A stretch of DNA of 64,000 nt from Flavobacteriales bacterium (GTDB taxonomy: Bacteria; Bacteroidota; Bacteroidia; Flavobacteriales_D; Parvicellaceae), in assembly GCA_029251405.1 (NCBI GenBank), contig JAQXDK010000044.1, forward strand, positions 5,118-69,117, read 5' to 3'. The position numbers were made by a program, and so were the translations under genes. The notes beneath the pieces are model-generated. The model was not told the origin of the DNA. It did not search any database and saw only the letters and a program-made list of their open reading frames with translations. Positions 56,540-64,000 of this stretch are shown here, piece after piece (the stretch's first letter is position 1; the number at the start of each line of letters is the position of its first letter).

Positions 56540-57889
56540 ATGAAATTAACAGTAAAAAAAGGCCTAGATATTAATATTAAAGGCGCCCCTGAGATGGTGT
56601 TATCAGATGCTTCTACAAAAGAATTTGCATTAAAGCCATCTGACTTTCCCAATTTAGTTCCCAAATTATTAGTTAAAGAAGGTGACACTGTTAAATGTGG
56701 TACATCAGTATTTTGCGATAAGTATAATGATAAAATCAACTTTTCGTCACCTGTAAGTGGCACAATTGATAAAATAGTTAGAGGAGAAAAAAGAAGAATT
56801 TTAGCTGTTACTATAATTTCAGATGATAAATTTACTCAAGAAAATATTGGTACCAAAGATTACACGAAACTTAATAAAGAAGAACTAAAAAGTGACCTTC
56901 TTAAAATGGGTCTTTGGCCATTCTTAAGAATGAGACCTATAGATATTATTGCACAACCTAACGATAATCCTAAATCAATATTTGTTTCTGGTTTTGATTC
57001 AAGTCCTCTGTCTCCGGATTATGATTTTTTAATGAAAGATAAGTCTGCTGAATTCAATGCTGGATTGGAGCTTTTAAATATGCTTACCGATGGAAAAGTA
57101 CATTTGCAAACCAGAAATAAATCCAGTGAAGTTTTTACAAATGCAAAAAACGTCCAGAGAAACATTGTTAAAGGTCCTCACCCAGCAGGAAATGTTGGAA
57201 CACAAATCCATGAAATTGATCCGATTAACAAAGGTGAAGTAGTTTGGTATATCAACCCACAGGATGTTTTAATTATGGGAAGGTTTTCATTAACTGGTGT
57301 TTATGATGCTCGTAAAACAATAGCTTTAGTAGGTGAAGGGACATCAGAAAAAAAATATTTCAATACAGTTTCTGGTTGTTCTATCGACTCTATTTTATCA
57401 AATTCTAAAGTAGAAGATAACAGTAGAATATTATCTGGTAATCCACTTACTGGTGAAAAAGTCGAAAAAAATGGATTTCTTGGTTTTTATCATCATCAAA
57501 TTTCCGTTCTACCCGAAGGAAACCAACATAAATTTTTCCTTACTGAAGGTTGGTTAAGTTTGGGATTCAATAAGTTTTCAGCATCCAAATCTTACCCTAC
57601 TTGGTTACTGCCTAAATCTAAATCCTACAATTTTGATACAAATTTAAATGGAGAGGAGAGAGCATTTGTTGTTTCTGGACAATATGAAAAAGTATTTCCA
57701 TTTGATATTTACCCTGTTCAGTTAATAAAATCAATTGTTACTAACGATATTGAAAAGATGGAAAATTTAGGGATCTATGAAGTTGCACCAGAAGATTTTG
57801 CACTTTGTGAATTTGTTTGCACTTCTAAAATCAATGTTCAAAACATTGTAAGGGAAGGATTAGATTTAGTTTATAAAGAATGTATGTAA
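56540..57889 (+). CDS. nqrA: Na+-translocating NADH:quinone oxidoreductase subunit A
   Basis: MKLTVKKGLDI.I.G.P opening typical of NqrA, about 450 aa, first gene of a six-gene nqr order. Confidence 0.95.
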   Translation: MKLTVKKGLDINIKGAPEMVLSDASTKEFALKPSDFPNLVPKLLVKEGDTVKCGTSVFCDKYNDKINFSSPVSGTIDKIVRGEKRRILAVTIISDDKFTQENIGTKDYTKLNKEELKSDLLKMGLWPFLRMRPIDIIAQPNDNPKSIFVSGFDSSPLSPDYDFLMKDKSAEFNAGLELLNMLTDGKVHLQTRNKSSEVFTNAKNVQRNIVKGPHPAGNVGTQIHEIDPINKGEVVWYINPQDVLIMGRFSLTGVYDARKTIALVGEGTSEKKYFNTVSGCSIDSILSNSKVEDNSRILSGNPLTGEKVEKNGFLGFYHHQISVLPEGNQHKFFLTEGWLSLGFNKFSASKSYPTWLLPKSKSYNFDTNLNGEERAFVVSGQYEKVFPFDIYPVQLIKSIVTNDIEKMENLGIYEVAPEDFALCEFVCTSKINVQNIVREGLDLVYKECM

Positions 57890-57905
57890 TTTAAAATATA
57901 TTAAA

Positions 57906-59144
57906 TTGGAATTTTTAAGAAAAATATTTGATAATGCCCACGAAAAGCTCAACTCTAATGAGAAAACTAAAAAGTTTTTTCCTCTTATAGATGCTTTCGA
58001 TACTTTAATGTTTACACCTAACCATGTTACTAATAAAGGCTCACACATCAGAGACGCAATTGATTTAAAGAGAACAATGATGTTGGTTATAATTGCTTTA
58101 ATACCTTGTTTGTTATTTGGCATATACAACACTGGATACCAGCACTTTAGAGTTTTAGATCAGTTGGGTGATGTTTCTTTTTGGGAAATCATTCTTAAAG
58201 GAGCTCTTGTTGTTTTACCTCTCGTTGTAGTATCTTATGGAGCAGGTCTTTTAGTTGAATTTATATTTGCTATTAGAAATGGACACACTGTTCAAGAAGG
58301 TTTTTTAGTATCTGGTATGTTGATTCCGCTTTGTATGCCTGCAGACGTTCCTTTATGGATGGTTGCTGTAGCTACCATGTTTGCAGTCGTTATTGGTAAA
58401 GAAGTTTTTGGAGGTACAGGCATGAATATATTAAACGTTGCTCTTACTGCAAGGGCTTTCTTATTTTTCGCACATCCAACTAAAATGTCGGGAAACGAAG
58501 TTTGGGTTACTGGTTTTTCAGATCTGAAAGGTGAAAAATATGCATCCTTAATAAATAGTTCAAATCCACAAGGTATTGTAGACGGAAGTTCAGGAGCCAC
58601 TGCCCTTGGTGATTTGGCTTCATTTATGCAAGATTCTCCAGTTTTAGAAAATACTCAAGCATTTCAAGCCAAATACTCATTAATGGATTCTTTTTTAGGA
58701 TTTATCCCAGGTTCAGTCGGTGAAACTTCAGCTTTAATGTGTTTAATTGGCGCTGGTATACTATTATGGACAGGAATCGCAAGTTGGAGAGTTATTTCCT
58801 CATTTTTTATTGGTGGTTTTATAATGGCCAGTATTTTAAATTTTGTTGGTGGTAATGGTTATTTCGAATTACCTGCAATTCATCAATTAATGCTAGGTGG
58901 TTTCATGTTTGGAATGGTATTTATGGCAACTGATCCGGTTACTGCAGCACATACCAACACGGGTAAATTTATTTATGGTTTTCTTGGAGGATTTTTAGGT
59001 ATACTTATAAGAATGGTAAATCCTGCGTACCCTGAAGGAATAATGTTAGCAATATTAATCGCAAATGTTTTTGCTCCTTTAATTGATCACATGGTTATTC
59101 AAAGTAATATTAACAGACGTTTAAAACGTTTAAAAACTGCATAA
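57906..59144 (+). CDS. nqrB: Na+-NQR subunit B
   Basis: Polytopic membrane protein. FPLIDAFDTLMFTP, FMN-attachment region SGATALG, TDPVTA motif. TTG start. Confidence 0.95.
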   Translation: MEFLRKIFDNAHEKLNSNEKTKKFFPLIDAFDTLMFTPNHVTNKGSHIRDAIDLKRTMMLVIIALIPCLLFGIYNTGYQHFRVLDQLGDVSFWEIILKGALVVLPLVVVSYGAGLLVEFIFAIRNGHTVQEGFLVSGMLIPLCMPADVPLWMVAVATMFAVVIGKEVFGGTGMNILNVALTARAFLFFAHPTKMSGNEVWVTGFSDLKGEKYASLINSSNPQGIVDGSSGATALGDLASFMQDSPVLENTQAFQAKYSLMDSFLGFIPGSVGETSALMCLIGAGILLWTGIASWRVISSFFIGGFIMASILNFVGGNGYFELPAIHQLMLGGFMFGMVFMATDPVTAAHTNTGKFIYGFLGGFLGILIRMVNPAYPEGIMLAILIANVFAPLIDHMVIQSNINRRLKRLKTA

Positions 59145-59145
59145 A

Positions 59146-59904
59146 ATGGCTATAAATAAAGACAGTAACACATACACCATCAGTTTTGCAATAGTTTTAG
59201 TAGTAATTGTTGGTGGGCTCTTAGCAATGATTGCTAATGGTTTAAAACCTATTCAGGATGAAAATTTAATGAATGAAAAAAAGCAAAATATATTAAATTG
59301 TCTTCCAGGTAACAAAGCAATATCTAGAGACGAAGCAGGTTCTGTTTTTTCAGACTTTGTAAAACAGAGAGTAATATTGGATTACAACGGTAAAATCAAA
59401 GACAACACACTTTTAGATAACTCAGTAGAGTTAAACAATAAAAATACAAATGATGCATTCAGTGTTGATCTTTTGAAAGAATACAAAACTATAAAAGATC
59501 AAGAGTCTAGAAATTACCCACTTTACATTTGCGATGTTAAAGGACAAACCTATTATGTTGCTCCGGTAATGGGAAAAGGGTTGTGGGCAGCTGTCTGGGG
59601 ATTTATAGCTCTAGATGACTTAGGAAACAAAATTTCAGGAACAGTTTTTGATCACAAGTCTGAAACGCCTGGATTAGGTGCAGAAATTTCTCAAGATTTC
59701 TTTGAAGATCAATTCATTGGTAAGCTTATTTCCAATAATAATGATTTCAAATCTATTGAAGTTAACAAACCAGGAAACCCATTGAATGATTACCAAGTAG
59801 ATGGAATTAGTGGAGGTACATTTACTAGTGTTGGTGTTGAAGAAATGATGAGTAGAACATTAGTTGTTTACCATAAGTATATTAAAAATTTAAATAAATC
59901 TTAA
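59146..59904 (+). CDS. nqrC: Na+-NQR subunit C
   Basis: Single N-terminal TM helix, ETPGLG motif, FMN-attachment motif [10 protein letters not shown]. Confidence 0.95.
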   Translation: MAINKDSNTYTISFAIVLVVIVGGLLAMIANGLKPIQDENLMNEKKQNILNCLPGNKAISRDEAGSVFSDFVKQRVILDYNGKIKDNTLLDNSVELNNKNTNDAFSVDLLKEYKTIKDQESRNYPLYICDVKGQTYYVAPVMGKGLWAAVWGFIALDDLGNKISGTVFDHKSETPGLGAEISQDFFEDQFIGKLISNNNDFKSIEVNKPGNPLNDYQVDGISGGTFTSVGVEEMMSRTLVVYHKYIKNLNKS

Positions 59905-59914
59905 TCTTCAAAAT

Positions 59915-60616
59915 ATGTCAGAACAAACAGTAGCAATTGAAGAAAAGAAAAAAGTGGTTAAAGAAAGAGAACCATTATTTTCTAAGAAAAATAAAAAGTT
60001 AATAACTGATCCCTTAGATGAGAATAATCCTATTACCATCCAAGTTTTAGGAATTTGTTCTGCATTAGCTGTAACTGTGCAAATGAAAGCCGCTGTTGTG
60101 ATGTCTGTAGCTGTATTATTTGTCCTTATTCTAGCTAATGTTTCCGTTTCTTTAATTAGAAATTTGATACCAAACAGAATTAGAATTATTGTTCAGTTAG
60201 TAGTTGTTGCTGCACTTGTAATCATTGTTGATCAGGTTTTAAAAGCGTATTTGTTTGATGTTTCTAAGGAACTTTCAGTTTTTGTTGGGTTGATAATTAC
60301 CAATTGTATAATAATGGGTAGACTTGAAGCTTTTGCTTTGGGTAATAAACCGTGGCCTTCTGCACTTGATGCTATTGGAAATTCACTTGGTTATGGAATG
60401 GTTCTCGTAATTGTTTCATTTTTTAAAGAACTTTTTGGATCTGGCAAATTATTCGGTTTCGAAATATTTGGAAACGCTACTGAGCAAACAGGTCTTTACG
60501 CAATGGGATACATGGATAATGGCTTAATGTTACTACCACCTTCATCACTTATTATAGTTGCAGTTTACATATGGATTCAGAAATTGAGAAATCCTAGTTT
60601 AATAGAAACACATTAA
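59915..60616 (+). CDS. nqrD: Na+-NQR subunit D
   Basis: Rnf/Nqr D-E family membrane protein. [10 protein letters not shown] and ITNCIIMGR motifs. Confidence 0.95.
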   Translation: MSEQTVAIEEKKKVVKEREPLFSKKNKKLITDPLDENNPITIQVLGICSALAVTVQMKAAVVMSVAVLFVLILANVSVSLIRNLIPNRIRIIVQLVVVAALVIIVDQVLKAYLFDVSKELSVFVGLIITNCIIMGRLEAFALGNKPWPSALDAIGNSLGYGMVLVIVSFFKELFGSGKLFGFEIFGNATEQTGLYAMGYMDNGLMLLPPSSLIIVAVYIWIQKLRNPSLIETH

Positions 60617-60624
60617 TATTTATT

Positions 60625-61239
60625 ATGGATTTAGTTAATATATTTATTAGAAGCGCATTTGTCGACAATATGATTTTTGCCTTTTTCTTTGGCATGTGCT
60701 CTTACTTAGCTGTGTCTAAAACTGTAAAAACAGCTTTTGGATTGGGAATGGCTGTAATATTTGTTTTGGTAGTAACTATACCAATTAATTATTTAATAGA
60801 AAACTACGTATTAAAAGAAGGAGCATTGAGCTGGTTAGGTTCAGAGTTCTCAGATGTAAATTTGAGTTATTTAACCTTTATTATGTTCATTGCTGTAATT
60901 GCTTCAACCGTGCAATTAGTAGAGATGATCGTAGAAAAAATATCTCCTGCTCTTTATGGAGCATTGGGGATTTTCTTGCCTTTAATAGCTGTGAATTGTG
61001 CAATACTTGGAGGAGCACTATTTATGCAAGAAAAGCAATTTGCAACTATTGGCCAAGCTACCGTTTATGGTTTAGGTTCTGGAGTTGGTTGGTTTATTGC
61101 AGTGGTATTAATTGCTGCAATTAGAGAAAGAATTAGATATGCTAATATACCTGGTCCTTTAAGAGGAGTTGGTATGGCTTTTTTGATTACAGGTTTAATG
61201 GGATTAGCCTTTTTAGGTTTTATGGGTTTTGAAATATAA
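60625..61239 (+). CDS. nqrE: Na+-NQR subunit E
   Basis: FFGMCSYLAVS and IAVNCAILGGA motifs. About 200 aa, six TM helices. Confidence 0.95.
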   Translation: MDLVNIFIRSAFVDNMIFAFFFGMCSYLAVSKTVKTAFGLGMAVIFVLVVTIPINYLIENYVLKEGALSWLGSEFSDVNLSYLTFIMFIAVIASTVQLVEMIVEKISPALYGALGIFLPLIAVNCAILGGALFMQEKQFATIGQATVYGLGSGVGWFIAVVLIAAIRERIRYANIPGPLRGVGMAFLITGLMGLAFLGFMGFEI

Positions 61240-61258
61240 TTTGATTAATAGTTTATAA

Positions 61259-62554
61259 ATGGAAATAATTACACCAATCATTGTTTGTTTAGTTATCGTA
61301 CTAACTCTTACAGGAATTCTGTTATTGGCAAAAACATTTTTAGTCTCCTCTGGGAAAGTTAAAATTACAATTAATGGAGATAAGGTAATTGAGGTTGATG
61401 GAGGTTCAACTTTATTAACAACTTTGGGAAATGAAGGAATTTTTCTTCCATCGGCTTGCGGTGGTGGCGGAACTTGTGTTCAGTGCACTTGCCAAGTGAT
61501 GTCTGGTGGTGGAAGTATTCTTCCTACTGAAGAACCACATTTTTCTAGAAAGCAAATTGCTGATAATTTTAGACTAGGATGCCAGGTGAAGGTTAAAGAA
61601 GACATGGAAATTGAAGTAGAAGAAGAAATAATGGGTATTAAAGAGTGGGAAGCGACAGTTGTCTCTAATTACAACGTTGCAACTTATATCAAAGAATTTA
61701 TTGTGGAGATACCTGAGGATATGGACTACAAAGCAGGAGGATATATTCAAATTAAAATTCCAAAAGGTGAAACAAAATTTTCCGATATGGATGTTAAAGC
61801 ACATCCTCAAGATCATCCTGGTGAACCCGACAAATTTGAAAAAGATTGGAGTGACGGTAAATTTGCACTAAGAGATTTGACGATGAATAATGACGAGGAC
61901 GTTGTTAGAGCTTATTCAATGGCTTCTTACCCAGCAGAAGGTAGAAATATAATGCTAAACGTTAGGGTAGCTGCACCACCTTGGGACAGAGCAAAAGATT
62001 CTTGGATGGATGTCAATCCAGGAATTGCATCTTCTTACATATTCAACCAAAAAGCAGGTGACAAAGTAATTATTTCTGGTCCTTATGGTGAATTCTTTAT
62101 CAACGATTCTGATTCAGAAATGTTATATATTGGTGGAGGTGCCGGTATGGCACCCATGCGATCACATTTATATGAGTTATTCAAGACACTTAAAACTGGT
62201 AGGAAAGTTTCATACTGGTATGGTGGAAGGTCAAGAGCTGAATTATTTTACATTCACTATTTTAGAGATCTTGAAAAAGATTTCCCAAACTTTAAATTTT
62301 ACATGGTTCTTTCAGATGCACTACCTGAAGATAATTGGGTAGAGAAAAAAAATATTGATGATCCAAAAGGTGATGGGTTTAAAGGTTTTGTTCATAATGC
62401 TGTTATAGAACAATATCTTTCTAAGCATGATGCTCCTGAAGATATTGAATATTATTTTTGTGGTCCTCCTTTAATGAATCAGGCTGTTCTGAAAATGTGT
62501 GACGATTGGGGTGTTCCACCGGAACAAGTAAGGTTTGATGACTTTGGTGGGTAA
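61259..62554 (+). CDS. nqrF: Na+-NQR subunit F
   Basis: N-terminal TM helix, 2Fe-2S motif CGGGGTCVQC...C, FAD site RAYSMAS, NADH site GGGAGMAP. Confidence 0.95.
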   Translation: MEIITPIIVCLVIVLTLTGILLLAKTFLVSSGKVKITINGDKVIEVDGGSTLLTTLGNEGIFLPSACGGGGTCVQCTCQVMSGGGSILPTEEPHFSRKQIADNFRLGCQVKVKEDMEIEVEEEIMGIKEWEATVVSNYNVATYIKEFIVEIPEDMDYKAGGYIQIKIPKGETKFSDMDVKAHPQDHPGEPDKFEKDWSDGKFALRDLTMNNDEDVVRAYSMASYPAEGRNIMLNVRVAAPPWDRAKDSWMDVNPGIASSYIFNQKAGDKVIISGPYGEFFINDSDSEMLYIGGGAGMAPMRSHLYELFKTLKTGRKVSYWYGGRSRAELFYIHYFRDLEKDFPNFKFYMVLSDALPEDNWVEKKNIDDPKGDGFKGFVHNAVIEQYLSKHDAPEDIEYYFCGPPLMNQAVLKMCDDWGVPPEQVRFDDFGG

Positions 62555-63566
62555 ATTCTTCTCATTATTCTTACTAACTAGTTTTTTATTATGCAGCTGT
62601 AATCATGAAAAGATTTCAGATAATAATTATTTCACAATAAAAGGCTATGCGCAGGGAACTACTTACAGTATCATTTATCAAGACTCTTTAAAGAGAAACT
62701 TTGCTTCATCAATCGACTCAATACTCAGAAAAATTGATTCAGAACTTTCTACTTATGATACTTCTAGCTTTATAAGTGAACTAAACAATTCCAAAGATAC
62801 TTGCCTTAATTTGAGTGGTAAAGATTTATTTCTTTTCTGTTTTAGATATTCCAAAAAAATACATGACAAGACCAGCGGTTCTTTTAACCCCGCAGTGTAT
62901 CCTCTTGTAAATTACTGGGGATTTTACAACAATTCTAAACCAAAAATAGACACTCTTTTTATCACAGATTCTCTTTTAAATTATACCAATATTCATAAAA
63001 GTTTTGAAATAAATTCAATTAATGATCAACTATTTTTATGTAAGAATAATATCAATTCCAAGCTTGATTTTAATGGAGTAGCTCAAGGTTATTCTGTCGA
63101 TGTTATTACAGATTATTTTGATGTTTCAGGTATAGAAAATTATTTTGTCGAAGTTGGTGGGGAAATCAGTGTAAATGGTTTAAATCCAAATAGCAATCTT
63201 TGGAAAATTGGAATTGATCAACCAATCGAGAATTCTTCTCCAGGAGAAAATGAATTTCAAAAAATTGTTGAGTTGAATAATGAATCTTTAGCAACATCCG
63301 GTAGCTATAGGAAATTTAAGATTATTAACGGACAAAAAGTGTCACATTCAATCAATCCTAAGACTGGTTTTCCAGCAAATAATAATCTATTAAGTGTTAC
63401 TGTGATTTGTGATGAAGCTGCAAATGCTGATGCATTAGCAACATCTTTTATGGTGATGGGTAAAGAAAAAGCTATTGATTATATAATTAAAAATAGAAAG
63501 GATAGTATTATGTGTTATATGGTTTATGACTCTATCAACAAAATCAGAGAATGGAGTAATTTTTAA
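62535..63566 (+). CDS. apbE: FAD:protein FMN transferase (flavin transferase) lipoprotein
   Basis: Lipobox LLCSC. ApbE motifs TMGT-like (GYAQGTTYSI), FNPAV, NGVAQGY, GGEI, LATSGSY.K, HSINP.TG, ADALAT. Overlaps the nqrF stop. Confidence 0.9.
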   Translation: MMTLVGKFFSLFLLTSFLLCSCNHEKISDNNYFTIKGYAQGTTYSIIYQDSLKRNFASSIDSILRKIDSELSTYDTSSFISELNNSKDTCLNLSGKDLFLFCFRYSKKIHDKTSGSFNPAVYPLVNYWGFYNNSKPKIDTLFITDSLLNYTNIHKSFEINSINDQLFLCKNNINSKLDFNGVAQGYSVDVITDYFDVSGIENYFVEVGGEISVNGLNPNSNLWKIGIDQPIENSSPGENEFQKIVELNNESLATSGSYRKFKIINGQKVSHSINPKTGFPANNNLLSVTVICDEAANADALATSFMVMGKEKAIDYIIKNRKDSIMCYMVYDSINKIREWSNF

Positions 63567-63745
63567 GACTCAGTTTTTACAGGTTTAGACAATAATTTAT
63601 CCACTCCAATCCATATTAAAATTACAGGCCAATAAACTCGAATTATTTCTACTATAGATACTTTAATTAGGTTTAAATTATTAAGTAAAAAAAGCACTCC
63701 TATTACTATAAGTACAATACCAATTGTTTTTCCTTTTTTCATCAT
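63563..63745 (-). CDS. Small two-TM membrane protein, unknown function
   Basis: 60 aa with two hydrophobic helices (IGIVLIVIGVLFLL; VYWPVILIWIGV). Sits between the apbE end and the NqrM-like gene. Coding status rests on ORF length and hydrophobic periodicity only. Confidence 0.4.
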   Translation of the reverse strand: MMKKGKTIGIVLIVIGVLFLLNNLNLIKVSIVEIIRVYWPVILIWIGVDKLLSKPVKTES

Positions 63746-63752
63746 AGTTATT

Positions 63753-63959
63753 TTAAGCTAAACTATTTTCTGTTGATTTTTTACATTTCTCATCTGGTGT
63801 TGCTCCACAAAAACTACAAGAGTCACCTTCTTTGTTGAGTAAAGGATTGTTAGATGCACAAGTTCCTGAAAATTCACCATCTTTTTTAACTATTAATTTA
63901 ATGGCTATACCTGCAAAGCATAATGCCAAAAGACCAATAGAAAGTAGAATCGATTTCAT
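63753..63959 (-). CDS. Small Cys-rich single-TM protein, NqrM-like (candidate Na+-NQR maturation factor)
   Basis: 68 aa. One N-terminal TM helix, then KKDGEFSGTCAS...DSCSFCG...EKC with four soluble-domain cysteines. This is the architecture described for NqrM (DUF539). It lies next to nqrF-apbE but is convergent with them. Confidence 0.5.
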   Translation of the reverse strand: MKSILLSIGLLALCFAGIAIKLIVKKDGEFSGTCASNNPLLNKEGDSCSFCGATPDEKCKKSTENSLA

Positions 63960-64000
63960 ATTTGTAAAATTAGTGATTTATTTCTTTATAGTTGTTAGAT

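Noticed and set aside
56524-56763. 79-aa minus-strand ORF overlapping the nqrA start. A similar one lies at 57866-58132 over nqrA/nqrB.
   Set aside because: Both are antisense to highly conserved nqr genes and have no independent support.
1-64000. Search for CRISPR arrays, IS elements, transposases, toxin-antitoxin pairs, restriction-modification or other known defence genes, and rRNA.
   Set aside because: I saw no regularly spaced repeats, no transposase, integrase or recombinase-like translations, and no methyltransferase or nuclease defence signatures. Every ORF longer than 100 aa is accounted for by metabolic, transport, repair or surface functions.

Overview
This is a very compact, low-GC (roughly 30%) chromosomal segment from a Bacteroidota, probably Flavobacteriia-like, organism. 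Supporting evidence: a SusC/SusD pair, six proteins ending in type-A T9SS C-terminal sorting domains, TAnnTTTG -7 promoter boxes, and a Na+-NQR operon. I found no transposase, integrase, CRISPR array, rRNA or prophage genes.

Left to right:
- (1) 2-14354: a starch/alpha-glucan PUL with a GH13 truncated by the window edge, a GH13 with T9SS tail, a 240-aa T9SS non-catalytic protein, susC, susD, a second GH13 with T9SS tail, and a GH31.
- (2) 14475-19845: a co-oriented Entner-Doudoroff operon directly downstream (zwf-pgl-edd-eda plus a BadF-type sugar kinase).
- (3) 19898-20250: a decayed sulfatase relic fused by an ATGA overlap to an orphan TonB-dependent receptor.
- (4) 22606-33067: housekeeping genes (hutI-like, ABM, DUF62 SAM hydrolase, phoH, purC, ribBA, two GT4 glycosyltransferases, an LptF/G permease).
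- (5) 33201-34173: tRNA(CAT) and a JmjC/cupin gene.
- (6) 34353-40008: a 4-gene ligase-associated DNA damage response cassette (MBL exonuclease, ATP-dependent ligase, Lhr-like DEXH helicase, PdeM).
- (7) 40534-42156: a SulP transporter.
- (8) 42153-47321, minus strand: a cobalamin-riboswitch-controlled operon of a BtuB-like receptor, a DUF4465/BtuH-like protein, an unknown protein and a beta-propeller lipoprotein. The two middle proteins carry T9SS tails.
- (9) 47399-51935: an FG-GAP/SprB-repeat T9SS protein and ggt.
- (10) 51939-55103: a crtD-like / DUF422 (CruF-like) / FAD-oxidoreductase trio.
- (11) 55100-56440: a DUF5103 (T9SS plug-like) gene.
- (12) 56540-63959: nqrABCDEF-apbE and a convergent NqrM-like mini-protein.

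Best candidates for under-described biology:
- the riboswitch-controlled B12-capture operon rebuilt around T9SS-anchored accessory proteins;
- the starch PUL with T9SS-anchored enzymes, physically and apparently regulatorily joined to an ED pathway operon through a near-identical 25-nt promoter block.

All family assignments rest on motifs read from the translations and remembered family signatures. No database search was run.
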